Below are positions 1 through 8,950 of a DNA stretch of 64,000 nucleotides, piece after piece (the stretch's first letter is position 1; every line of letters begins with the position of its first letter). The notes under the pieces were generated by a model that saw only the letters and a list, made by a program, of their open reading frames with translations, did not search any database and was not told the DNA's origin. The DNA is taken from the NCBI GenBank assembly GCA_015257455.1, contig JABZKD010000001.1, positions 72,548 through 136,547 on the forward strand, given 5' to 3'. The DNA comes from Candidatus Nanosynbacter sp. Lineage in GTDB: Bacteria > Patescibacteriota > Saccharimonadia > Saccharimonadales > Saccharimonadaceae. The translations under genes and the position numbers were made by a program.

Positions 1-117
1 GCCACCCTAAAAATTAAACAAAAGTACGGTAAAAACGCCATCCTGCGTGGCACAAGCTACCTCGAAGGTTCCACCATGCGCGAACGCAATCAACAGATCG
101 GAGGTCACCGTGCCTAA
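1..117 (+). CDS. 3' end (partial) of Y-family DNA polymerase (UmuC/ImpB/MucB-like)
   Basis: Frame 1 reads [38 protein letters not shown], the typical C-terminal KYGKNA..R..RN.QIGGH motif of UmuC-like polymerases; not in ORF track because it is 5'-truncated. Confidence 0.8.
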   Translation, partial: ATLKIKQKYGKNAILRGTSYLEGSTMRERNQQIGGHRA

Positions 118-388
118 CCCTAAACAGCAAATTAGAGCCCCTCAACCAAATCTATCTAAACCCTCACAGTTAGGTTCTGAATCGGTTGACCCATATCAAG
201 ACATCATCAATCTTCAGCCGCCACACTTACCGAATCATCCACCAATGTCTCGCACTGCCCGGGCCGCCCAGTTTATGCCGTTTAAGGCACTCGAACCCCA
301 CGAAGCTAATATCCAAGCCGTCGAGGAAATTGTCGAACAAAAAACTGATACTTATATCGAGTTTGACGAAATCTATCCCGATTTTTAG
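110..388 (+). CDS. YolD-like protein (short), partner of UmuC-like polymerase
   Basis: YQDIINL..H...[19 protein letters not shown] matches the RAAQFxPF motif of YolD-like proteins; GTG at 110 overlaps the end of the polymerase gene. Confidence 0.7.
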   Translation: MPNPKQQIRAPQPNLSKPSQLGSESVDPYQDIINLQPPHLPNHPPMSRTARAAQFMPFKALEPHEANIQAVEEIVEQKTDTYIEFDEIYPDF

Positions 389-435
389 TGCATTTATTTA
401 CAGATTTCATATCTTATGGTAAAATAGTCCCAATC

Positions 436-645
436 ATGTCAAAAAAGAGTAATACCAAACGCAAGCTCGTCGGTCTCGTTTCAGAGGAATCTGGTATCCG
501 TGCATACTATACCAAGAAGAACACCATGAACACCCCAGACAAGCTTAGCTTGAAGAAATACGATCCAATTCTTCGCAAGCACGTCGTTTTCACTGAAACC
601 AAGAAAAACCTTGGCCGTAACGAAGTGAAAGAGAAGAAGCGCTAA
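436..645 (+). CDS. rpmG: 50S ribosomal protein L33 (Cys-less form)
   Basis: [29 protein letters not shown] motif; start at MSKK (436). Confidence 0.95.
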   Translation: MSKKSNTKRKLVGLVSEESGIRAYYTKKNTMNTPDKLSLKKYDPILRKHVVFTETKKNLGRNEVKEKKR

Positions 646-674
646 AATCTCCCTCTCCTTATGGGAGATTTTTT
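644..674 (+). terminator. Intrinsic terminator after rpmG
   Basis: AAAATCTCCC...GGGAGATTTT stem followed by T-run. Confidence 0.75.
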
Positions 675-719
675 CTGTGCCAAAATTTTGCCATAAAAAA
701 TAGCTCTCTCGAGCTAATC

Positions 720-794
720 TGGCAGGGGCGCACGGAATCGAACCATGATCTACGGTTTTGGAGACCGCTATACTAACCGTTGTACTACGCCCCT
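720..794 (-). tRNA. trnW: tRNA-Trp (CCA)
   Basis: Reverse complement AGGGGCG...CTCCAAA...GGTTCGATTCC...CGCCCCT-G-CCA; cloverleaf with anticodon CCA and encoded CCA end. Confidence 0.95.
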
Positions 795-904
795 AGGCTT
801 TTTTATTATAACATATTTCTCTAGCACTTAAATCTCTAAATCGATTATCTTTCTCCAGCACTTAAACTTTTATCTCAAATCGGTTATACTTAATTTAACC
901 AATC

Positions 905-1687
905 ATGAAAACTCAGATTCAAAATTTCTGGTTCAGACTTCTTACTAATCTTAATTTTTGGCTGACACTTTGGTCCATCATGTTCGCCTATTTCTTCCTC
1001 GTCGGCCTTTTAAATTTGATTTTTGGTCACCTCGTCCCAGATTTTCTTCTCACCCTTGCGACTTTCGTTAAAGTCTCCACTATTCTCACCTGTTTAATCT
1101 ACACTAGTTTCTTCGCGCCAAAAGACTACCTCTTAAAAGCCGCGCTTCTTTTCACTTTCACCGCCGACGTCGTACTGGCGATCGATAATATCTCGCCATT
1201 TGGCATTATTTTATTCTGTTTTGCCCAATATTTTCACACCTCACGCTACGCCGATGTCAGCCCCAAATTCTTTATCGCTTGGAGCTTTTTTATTATCTTA
1301 TTATTTATCTTTACCCATTTTTATCAAATTCCAACAATTTATGCCGCCGGCTTCGCCTATGGTAGCTCGCTCATCCTTAATCTTGGTCTGGCCGTCCAAT
1401 GGTTAAAGCGCAAAACTCCCCGTTTTCGTCGTGCCGCCATCTGTAATTTTATTGGTTTTATGCTTTTTATCGCCTGCGATCTCACTGTCTTAATTTCTTT
1501 TTTCTCACGCATGCAATTTCTCCCGATTTTTCTTTATCAACCCGCTAATTTTATTTGTTGGCTCTTTTATTTTCCATCGCAAATTCTCCTCGCCAATTCC
1601 TCCGCCCTCACGAAATCTTATTACCGCCCCTTCGATTCTGAATTAAAACGTCTCAGTAAAAAATCGAAGCTCATAAATCAGCTTTAA
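905..1687 (+). CDS. Multi-pass membrane protein, YhhN/lysoplasmalogenase-like
   Basis: About 8 hydrophobic segments; ALLFTFTADVVL, GIILFCFAQ and GFMLFIACD motifs resemble the YhhN family. Confidence 0.55.
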   Translation: MKTQIQNFWFRLLTNLNFWLTLWSIMFAYFFLVGLLNLIFGHLVPDFLLTLATFVKVSTILTCLIYTSFFAPKDYLLKAALLFTFTADVVLAIDNISPFGIILFCFAQYFHTSRYADVSPKFFIAWSFFIILLFIFTHFYQIPTIYAAGFAYGSSLILNLGLAVQWLKRKTPRFRRAAICNFIGFMLFIACDLTVLISFFSRMQFLPIFLYQPANFICWLFYFPSQILLANSSALTKSYYRPFDSELKRLSKKSKLINQL

Positions 1688-1738
1688 ATTTTAAATTATT
1701 TGTTCACCTAATTACTTCCATGATATAATATCACCAAT

Positions 1739-2242
1739 ATGGAAGGTAAAAAGAAAACAAGACCTCGAGCTATCCTGGTATTCGGTGCACCATGTAGTGG
1801 AAAAACTACATTTTGTGAAAAATTCTCACAACGTTTTAAAGCTCCTTACTACGATCTTCGAGCCTTGCGTGAAGAAGCTGACTTCACAGAGAAACAAATT
1901 CACGTCGTCCTCGAGGCGATTGCTAAAACTGGTCAAAACATCGTGATTGAAGGTGGCCTCGATACCGAAGACGAACGTAACTCCGTACGTAAATTATTGA
2001 AGCTATCTGGTTATGCGCCAACCCTCGTTTGGATTCAAACTGATATTAACACCATCAAGCTGCGCTTAAAGCTTAAACTTCGCTCAATTGCGCGCGCCAA
2101 GGAAGAATACGACCGCCGCATCCGTCTTATGGAAGCTCCAGCCGAGATTGAAAAACCAATTATTCTCTCTGGCAAACACACTTTTGAGACTCAGCTTTCT
2201 CACGTCCTAGCCCAACTTCAAAATGATTCTCGCCGATTCTGA
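1739..2242 (+). CDS. P-loop kinase / AAA_33-like ATPase
   Basis: Walker A GAPCSGKT; small nucleotide-kinase-like size. Confidence 0.7.
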   Translation: MEGKKKTRPRAILVFGAPCSGKTTFCEKFSQRFKAPYYDLRALREEADFTEKQIHVVLEAIAKTGQNIVIEGGLDTEDERNSVRKLLKLSGYAPTLVWIQTDINTIKLRLKLKLRSIARAKEEYDRRIRLMEAPAEIEKPIILSGKHTFETQLSHVLAQLQNDSRRF

Positions 2243-2792
2243 ATTCGGTGAAATTATTGTTCGCCGCAACGCCTTAGCTAAAAACATTTCTTTTTCACGT
2301 TCCACTTCTGGACGACTCCAAATGTCGGTTCCGTCCTTCATCTCCGATCGTCAAATTCAAAAAAGCCTCGATTCCATGCGAGAGCGTTTGCGTAGTCTAA
2401 ATTTAGCTGACCCCGCCACTCAGCGTGCCCGTGATGCCCAAAAAAAGCTACTGATGAAGCAGGCTAAAGAATACTTACCTTACCGCCTCGAATATCTAGC
2501 AAAACTTTATGGCTACCACTATGACCGCGTCACCTTAAAGCACCAATCTACCAGATGGGGCTCCTGCACCCGTCGCAAAAAATCACTCCTCGGCGGATAT
2601 GAATTCACCATCTCCATGAATATCGGACTCATGCAGGTACCCGAAGTTTTACGTGATTATTTAATTATTCACGAACTTGCCCACATTAATCATCCCGACC
2701 ACTCCAAAGCTTTTTGGCAGGAAGTCGAAAGCCATGATCCAAATTACCGCGCACACCGTGAAATGCTTAAAAAACATAATCCAGGTCTATGA
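2223..2792 (+). CDS. YgjP/DUF45-like zinc metallopeptidase-fold protein
   Basis: TRWGSC and DYLIIHELAH..HPDHSKAFW motifs. Confidence 0.85.
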   Translation: MILADSEFGEIIVRRNALAKNISFSRSTSGRLQMSVPSFISDRQIQKSLDSMRERLRSLNLADPATQRARDAQKKLLMKQAKEYLPYRLEYLAKLYGYHYDRVTLKHQSTRWGSCTRRKKSLLGGYEFTISMNIGLMQVPEVLRDYLIIHELAHINHPDHSKAFWQEVESHDPNYRAHREMLKKHNPGL

Positions 2793-2804
2793 TATAATAT
2801 GTTT

Positions 2805-3263
2805 ATGCAAGGGCAATCTATCTCTAAATTTCTTGATGCCACCAAGGTTCACACCAGTGTTTTTGATCGCAAATTCATGTATCTTTCGGACATCATCGAC
2901 CCAATTTATCGTGAATATCTAATTAAGCTTGAAAAAATTGGTGTTAATCTCGACCTTGACGTGATTCGTCGTCGTCACCAAGTTGAAAACTATACCGACA
3001 TCATCAAATTCATCGTCGGTTACCTCAACTCACGCCTTAAAAATCCGACTAAGGGGAATATTCTGATCTCTATGAACGCCACTTCCGCCCAGAGTATCGA
3101 TATTACCCCAGCAAAATATCATCTAGTAATTACCGATGATAGTGTGGTGATGACCGTCGACAGTAGTGAACAATATTCCGCACTTGGCGCCAAAATTAAA
3201 TCCCGTCTTGGTTTCGGCACATCAATCTCATTCCCAATCCGCGAGCCCTACGACTCTATTTAA
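2805..3263 (+). CDS. Hypothetical protein, possibly degenerate HATPase_c-like fold
   Basis: ORF 2799-3263; ATG 2805 lies 6 nt after TGaTATAAT; C-terminal ITDD...SRLGFGTSISFPI resembles the HATPase terminal strand. Confidence 0.5.
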   Translation: MQGQSISKFLDATKVHTSVFDRKFMYLSDIIDPIYREYLIKLEKIGVNLDLDVIRRRHQVENYTDIIKFIVGYLNSRLKNPTKGNILISMNATSAQSIDITPAKYHLVITDDSVVMTVDSSEQYSALGAKIKSRLGFGTSISFPIREPYDSI

Positions 3264-3416
3264 TTTTCCAAAAACAGGGAATCCGCCACTGTTTTTTCTT
3301 AAATAAAGCACACTTTGCTTCATCGTTTTAAATATTTTTCTTAGCTAAAAACCACCCACCAATCTCTTGTTTTAAGCATAAGCTTTTGCTAAAATAGACC
3401 TATAAACGGGAGCATT

Positions 3417-3905
3417 ATGAAAATCAAGAAATCATCAGTTTTTGGTGTTTTTGGCGCATTATATTTATGCTTCTTTCTGATTTTTACTTTTCTAGCCTTC
3501 CAACCCCAAACCGTAGAGGCCAACACTAATTTGATTCTCGAAATTCCCAAAATCAGCCTCACCTCACCGATTCGTGCCCTCGAAATTACCGACGAGAACA
3601 CCCTTATTTCACCGGAACGCATTGCCGGCGTCTATCATGCCAATCAAAATCACGATTTTATTATTGGCCACTCCTCTACAATTTTTCAGAATTTAGATAA
3701 ATTAAAGGTCGGCGATACTTTTCGTTTTGGTGACCAAACTTACCAAATCAAAACTCGTAAAATTCAGCAAAAATCCGACATCAATATGTCAAAACTCTTG
3801 ACCAAAAAATCCACCCCGACTATCACCTTGATGACCTGCCATGGCAAAAAAATCTCTGGGCACGATTATACCGAACGTCTAATTCTTACCGCTGAATTAA
3901 TCTAA
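3417..3905 (+). CDS. Sortase family protein
   Basis: N-terminal TM; LEIPKI, IIGHS, TLMTC and downstream R (His-Cys-Arg triad). Confidence 0.85.
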   Translation: MKIKKSSVFGVFGALYLCFFLIFTFLAFQPQTVEANTNLILEIPKISLTSPIRALEITDENTLISPERIAGVYHANQNHDFIIGHSSTIFQNLDKLKVGDTFRFGDQTYQIKTRKIQQKSDINMSKLLTKKSTPTITLMTCHGKKISGHDYTERLILTAELI

Positions 3906-3907
3906 TT

Positions 3908-4019
3908 TCGTAGAGTTCATCTCTACACGGCTTTTGTCTTACCTAAAAAAATCGTAGAGTTCATCTCTACGTCATATCTGTTATTTTTTATCAAAAAACC
4001 TGGAGTCTATCTCCAGGTT
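3908..4019. repeat. Two identical 19-bp palindromic repeats plus a related third hairpin between convergent genes
   Basis: TCGTAGAGTTCATCTCTAC at 3908-3926 and 3952-3970; AACCTGGAGTCTATCTCCAGGTT at 3997-4019. Confidence 0.8.
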
Positions 4020-4028
4020 ATCTCTGTT

Positions 4029-5957
4029 TTAAACCTTCATTAATCGTACCGCGAAACCACCCATGCTCACCACCGGAATTTCCAGTTCATCTTCTGCATC
4101 CACCACCAGGCGCTCAATTTTAAGATCCGTTGGGTTCATGCGAAAATCCGCTATGTCACCATCACGAAATATAAAAGCATTATATTTCACGTCTTTTTCC
4201 AAGAAACTTAACTTAACTTTCATCGTACGCGCCATATCATCGACAATACCACCGATATACCAGTCCGTCTCCCCTCGCCCGCGCCTGGCCACCGCATAAT
4301 ATTCACCGATTTTACCGAGCAAAGGTACTTCAATTTCAAAATTCACTGGTACTTTTTGAATAAATGACAACGCATCCCGATTTTTTTCATAAGATTCTGG
4401 ACGGTCGGCCAACATCTGCATTCCAGAATGAAACACCACATAGTAAGCTAACTGTCGCGCTAGGGTAGAATAAACTTTTTTCGCTGGATTATTTAAGTCA
4501 AAAATTCCCGGTGTAAAATCAAAGCCACCGGCGAGCATTCTTGTGAAAGGTAGAATCACCGCGTGTTTAGAATTCAAACCACCGCCTTCATATTCTTGCC
4601 CCTTTGCCCCCTCTGTACAGAGTAAGTTCGGATAAGTTCGCTCGAGACCGGTGCCCTTAATCGATTCGTGGACATTCAGCATCATTTTTTTCTGTGCCGC
4701 TAACTTCAAAACGTTACTAAAATGCAACACCCCCGCCTGTGACTGATGAAATTCTTCACGCCCCTTAATCAACATCTTCGGACCTGAATAATCCAATTTC
4801 AAGTAATGCACCCCTTGTGCTTCTAACTCGTCAAATTGCTTAACCAGATTCTTTTCATAATTATCAATCTGACTCGCAGTTTCACATTGTCCCACAATCT
4901 CAATATTTTTTTGCTTAGCACGCTCCAAAATTTTCTTTTTATCTAGCTTCTTTGCCAAATTTTGATCCGACCACCCCTCGATCAAGAGTCCCGAGATACC
5001 TAATTTTTCACACCAATCAAGATATTCTAAAGCATGCTCCGTCGTCGCACCTTGTCGTTCAGAAGCCGTAAAACTCCAAACTCCAATCAGCATCGCCCAC
5101 CAAATTCCCAGAAATTTAATCGGCAAAACCCAATCAAAATTCATTCTCGGACTCTGATTCAAGCTTAAAATCATTTTATTTTTCGTCAGTTGCACAGCAG
5201 TATCCGCCACCATTACTACCCGCCATGGCGTTTCAAAAGGTAAAGTCAAATAAGCTTTCATCCCATCTGAAAGTGGGGTAATATTTGTCTCGAGCCGCCC
5301 GATTTTATTCAACCCCAAAGTCATCGAACCATAATTAATCAGCGCTGCTTCGTGAATTGACAGAATCTTGCCGCTCGGAAGCTCTGCGGTAAATGGCGTC
5401 TGCCTCGACCCAGTCAAATTAAAAATCGACCGCTCTTCATAGTCCGTTTCCGATCGCGCCAGGGTAAAGGCTGGCATCGACCAACTTTTGGCATGGATAT
5501 CCAGATTGAATTCCGTTAGCTCATTCGTAATAATCATGCGCTGAAAACCTGGTTGCGGCGGAAACTCATAACGAAAAGCCACCCCCTCATCGAAAACTCG
5601 CACTCTCAAAGTAAAGATACGTCCATCTTTTTCACGCTCCGCCAAATAAAACGTCGTCTCGTTATATTTATTCACAATATCCAAAGTTTCCCCCACCACG
5701 CTCTGCCAAGTTTCATCCTTAAATTTTGGCAAAATCCTCACCACCCCCAAATTTTCCGCAATCGGTTTTTCATTATAAATTTCGAAACCTAATCTAGAAT
5801 TACTCAGTAATACTTCTTGATTTTTTAGCACCCGATAGCTCGGACTACCATTTTTCAGACTAAACTCAAAAACCAAGCTGCCGCTCGGCGATTTTACATT
5901 CACTAAAGAATTCGCTTTCGCTTCTTCTTTTTTAAAAAGTCCTTTCAAAAAGCTCAT
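4029..5957 (-). CDS. Glycoside hydrolase family 97 (SusB-like alpha-glucosidase)
   Basis: VFDEGVAFRY, IHEAAL, TPWRV, KFLGIWW, EGAKGQEY, LPFTRMLAGGFDFTPGIF, GEYYAVARR and GGFAV motifs; probable start MSFLKG at 5957. Confidence 0.92.
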   Translation of the reverse strand: MSFLKGLFKKEEAKANSLVNVKSPSGSLVFEFSLKNGSPSYRVLKNQEVLLSNSRLGFEIYNEKPIAENLGVVRILPKFKDETWQSVVGETLDIVNKYNETTFYLAEREKDGRIFTLRVRVFDEGVAFRYEFPPQPGFQRMIITNELTEFNLDIHAKSWSMPAFTLARSETDYEERSIFNLTGSRQTPFTAELPSGKILSIHEAALINYGSMTLGLNKIGRLETNITPLSDGMKAYLTLPFETPWRVVMVADTAVQLTKNKMILSLNQSPRMNFDWVLPIKFLGIWWAMLIGVWSFTASERQGATTEHALEYLDWCEKLGISGLLIEGWSDQNLAKKLDKKKILERAKQKNIEIVGQCETASQIDNYEKNLVKQFDELEAQGVHYLKLDYSGPKMLIKGREEFHQSQAGVLHFSNVLKLAAQKKMMLNVHESIKGTGLERTYPNLLCTEGAKGQEYEGGGLNSKHAVILPFTRMLAGGFDFTPGIFDLNNPAKKVYSTLARQLAYYVVFHSGMQMLADRPESYEKNRDALSFIQKVPVNFEIEVPLLGKIGEYYAVARRGRGETDWYIGGIVDDMARTMKVKLSFLEKDVKYNAFIFRDGDIADFRMNPTDLKIERLVVDAEDELEIPVVSMGGFAVRLMKV

Positions 5958-6006
5958 ATGCTTAATATTATACCGCATATGCTAAATATGATAAAATATT
6001 TTTAAG

Positions 6007-6960
6007 ATGCAAGACGATATTAATCTCGAAGAATTAACCAAAAATAGTAAACCTAGTTTTCTCAAAATTTTCTTTATCGTACTCGGTACTATTATTGGTG
6101 TATTTGCCATCGCTTTTGGTGTAGTTTCTTTACTTAAACTCCTTTCAAACACTGCCGAAAAAGTCGAAAATAAAAAACCGGAAATTGCTAAAGTTACCGA
6201 AAAACGCGCGCCGCATCGTATTGATTTACAATACCTCATCGACGATTGGCGTCGCAGCCAGGGAATCACTGAAGAATCGTCTGTGTTAATTTATGACCTT
6301 AATAATTCCGATATCGTCGGTCGTTTTAACGACACTAAAACCTTCACTGACCCAAATCTCATTAGTCTCCTAATCGCCTACGAAAATTATCGCCGCCTCA
6401 GTGACGGAAGCTTCCACCTTGACGACCAAATTAATCTCAAAAATCAAACCGCACTCTCCCTTCAAGATTGTTTAAATGAACTTTTCACTTCCGAAAATAC
6501 CAACTGCAAGGATGCTCTCCGCGCTGAACTTTCCGATGCCGTGCTCAATAATCTTCTCGCTAAAATGGATCTGGAGCATCTCAAAATTTCTGAAAACAAC
6601 ATCACCCTCACCGCGACTGACTATCTAAAACTTGTTAAGTTTATTTATAATTCCGAAAATCTTAAGTCTGAAAACTGGGATAAATTCTTCGCGCATTTTC
6701 TCATCACCGGCGATCATTTTGCTCTTATTTCCGGCATTAATAAAGCCACTATCTTCGATTACGCTTCCGCCAAATTAAAAACCGAAACCGTGGCAAACAC
6801 TCTCCCGTATTTTAGTGAAGCCTCCATTCTCGAATTCAAAGATTTACCAAAATATGAAGACCGTAAGTATATCGTCATTTCACTTAATCAAAATTTTAAC
6901 CCAACTAAACTTAATTCGCTCGGCCGCAATCTCGAAGAACGCGTCCTTAATGAACGCTAA
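6007..6960 (+). CDS. Membrane-anchored beta-lactamase/serine-hydrolase-fold protein, apparently lacking catalytic motifs
   Basis: N-terminal TM; SVLIYDL...FND.KTF, CLNELFTSENT and TATD pattern parallels class A beta-lactamase-like proteins, but SxxK is absent. Confidence 0.55.
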   Translation: MQDDINLEELTKNSKPSFLKIFFIVLGTIIGVFAIAFGVVSLLKLLSNTAEKVENKKPEIAKVTEKRAPHRIDLQYLIDDWRRSQGITEESSVLIYDLNNSDIVGRFNDTKTFTDPNLISLLIAYENYRRLSDGSFHLDDQINLKNQTALSLQDCLNELFTSENTNCKDALRAELSDAVLNNLLAKMDLEHLKISENNITLTATDYLKLVKFIYNSENLKSENWDKFFAHFLITGDHFALISGINKATIFDYASAKLKTETVANTLPYFSEASILEFKDLPKYEDRKYIVISLNQNFNPTKLNSLGRNLEERVLNER

Positions 6961-7047
6961 ATAATTATTCTAAAAAGATTACACCAGTCAAATATTTATA
7001 ATCTTATTGACTTAACTAAATCCAACCTCTTACATTAACCTTTAAAT

Positions 7048-7077
7048 AAAAATAAATCCCCGCAGGGATTTATTTTT
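7048..7077. terminator. Bidirectional intrinsic terminator
   Basis: AAAAATAAATCCC-CGCA-GGGATTTATTTTT between convergent genes. Confidence 0.85.
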
Positions 7078-7089
7078 TACTAAGATTAA

Positions 7090-7623
7090 TTAAGCTTGAG
7101 CGTTCCAGCGAGCAATTGCTTCTTTTACGACTTCCTTAGCTTCCTCAGCACCGAAGAAACCTTTCACCTCAGTAGTGCCAGGCTTCTTCAAATCTTTGTA
7201 ATGGTTGAAGTGGAATTCGATTTGGCGGATTAATTGCTTTGGCAAATCTTCCAAAGTTTGGTACTTATCACCGTTATTACGGTCGTCTTCTGGTACACAG
7301 ATAATCTTGTCATCAACTTCATCAGAGTCAACAAACTTCATCACACCAAGGATACGAGCCTTCATGTAAATACCGGTGGTCAGAGGCTGATCAGTGATCA
7401 TCAAAACATCGAGTTCATCACCATCCTCATCGAGAGTTTGAGGGATAAAACCATAATTACAAGGCTTTGCAAATGCCATTGGTTCGACACGGTCAAGCAT
7501 AAAGCAAGCATTTTTGCGGTCCCATTCAATTTTGTGGTTAGAACCAGTAGGAATTTCGATCACTACATTGAGTTCACCATTTTCGTAGTCACCTGGGGTC
7601 AAGATTTTGTTAAAATCAGCCAT
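7090..7623 (-). CDS. ppa: Inorganic pyrophosphatase (family I)
   Basis: NYGFIPQTLDEDGDELDV, DDKII and FNHYKDLK motifs. Confidence 0.95.
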   Translation of the reverse strand: MADFNKILTPGDYENGELNVVIEIPTGSNHKIEWDRKNACFMLDRVEPMAFAKPCNYGFIPQTLDEDGDELDVLMITDQPLTTGIYMKARILGVMKFVDSDEVDDKIICVPEDDRNNGDKYQTLEDLPKQLIRQIEFHFNHYKDLKKPGTTEVKGFFGAEEAKEVVKEAIARWNAQA

Positions 7624-7681
7624 ATTTCTCCTTTATTTTTTCTTATTATACCATTTTTTCTCTCTGTGCTAAACTAAAACT

Positions 7682-8881
7682 ATGGAATTCAATGATTTAA
7701 GAAAACCTCTTGCCGAACGCATGCGACCTCAAAGCCTCGATGAAGTTTTTGGTCAAAAAACTATTATTGGTAAGGGTAAAATTCTCACTGAATTAATTAA
7801 ATCAAAAGAACCCACTAACCTAATTTTCTGGGGACCTCCCGGCACCGGCAAAACCACTCTAGCTCGCATTATCGCCAAGGAACTTGACGCCGATTTCGTC
7901 GAACTTTCTGCCGTCACTGCTCATAAATCCGACGTCGAGCAAGTGGTCGAACGTGCCAAACAAAACTGGAATCTTAAAGTCCGCACCTTGCTTTTTATTG
8001 ACGAGATTCATCGTTTTAATAAAGCTCAACAAGACGCTTTTTTACCTCATGTCGAATCTGGCCTCATCACTCTGATTGGCGCCACTACAGAAAATCCGAG
8101 TTTTGAAGTCATCCCCGCTCTCATTTCACGTAGTCGCGTAGTAATTTTATCTACCTTAAAAGATTCCGACATCAAAGACATTCTGCTCCGTGCCATCGAG
8201 AGGGAATATCCGAAAGCCAAAATCGACCCCGAAGTTATCGATTTTCTCACTCACCTCAGCCACGGCGACGCGCGTTCGGCTCTGGGTGATCTCGAGCTCT
8301 GCCTCTCACTTAAAAATAAACTCACTCTCGATTTTGTCACTAAAACTTTAAATAATAAGGTTAATTATTTTGATAAATCCGGTGATCGTCACTACGACAC
8401 CATTTCTGCCTTCATCAAATCCATGCGCGGCAGCGACGTCGACGCTACACTTTATTATCTAGCCCGCATGCTGGAAGGTGGAGAGGATCCTAAATTCATC
8501 GCTCGTCGTATGGTGATTTTTGCTTCCGAAGATATCGGACTCGCCGGCAACGGCGCCCTCACGCTCGCCGAATCGGCTTTTTCTGCTATCGAAAAGGTTG
8601 GTATGCCAGAAGGAGGAATTATCCTGTCTCATGTCGCCATTGCCCTCGCCAAATCTAAAAAAGATCGTTCTAGTTATGACGCTTGGGGCCGCGCTAAGGC
8701 TCTGGCCAAAAGCACCAGTCATCTACCCATCCCGCTTGAGATTCGCAATCCCGAAACTAAACTGATGAAAAACCTGGGCTACGGCAAGGATTATAAATGG
8801 GAAGCCAATTTTCATCACCAAAAAAGCTACTTACCCGAAGAAATCAAAGACCAAAAACTTTATTTTCCACCCAAGAACTAA
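7682..8881 (+). CDS. rarA: Replication-associated recombination protein A (RarA/MgsA)
   Basis: PLAERMRP, GPPGTGKTT, DEIHRFNKAQQD, ATTENPSF, SAFIKSMRGSD. Confidence 0.95.
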   Translation: MEFNDLRKPLAERMRPQSLDEVFGQKTIIGKGKILTELIKSKEPTNLIFWGPPGTGKTTLARIIAKELDADFVELSAVTAHKSDVEQVVERAKQNWNLKVRTLLFIDEIHRFNKAQQDAFLPHVESGLITLIGATTENPSFEVIPALISRSRVVILSTLKDSDIKDILLRAIEREYPKAKIDPEVIDFLTHLSHGDARSALGDLELCLSLKNKLTLDFVTKTLNNKVNYFDKSGDRHYDTISAFIKSMRGSDVDATLYYLARMLEGGEDPKFIARRMVIFASEDIGLAGNGALTLAESAFSAIEKVGMPEGGIILSHVAIALAKSKKDRSSYDAWGRAKALAKSTSHLPIPLEIRNPETKLMKNLGYGKDYKWEANFHHQKSYLPEEIKDQKLYFPPKN

Positions 8882-8950
8882 TTAAAAACACCATAAAAAC
8901 TTTTAAAAATCGATATTTTAAATTTATTTTGAATTTAGTAAAATAAACAT

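Noticed and set aside
2790..2792. Alternative genetic code (UGA=Gly as in Gracilibacteria/Absconditabacteria)
   Set aside because: Conserved genes translate full-length under code 11 and TGA serves as the stop of the 2223-2792 gene
3908..4019. Possible mini CRISPR array
   Set aside because: Only two identical 19-bp units, shorter than CRISPR repeats; no cas genes in the window; sits at a convergent gene junction
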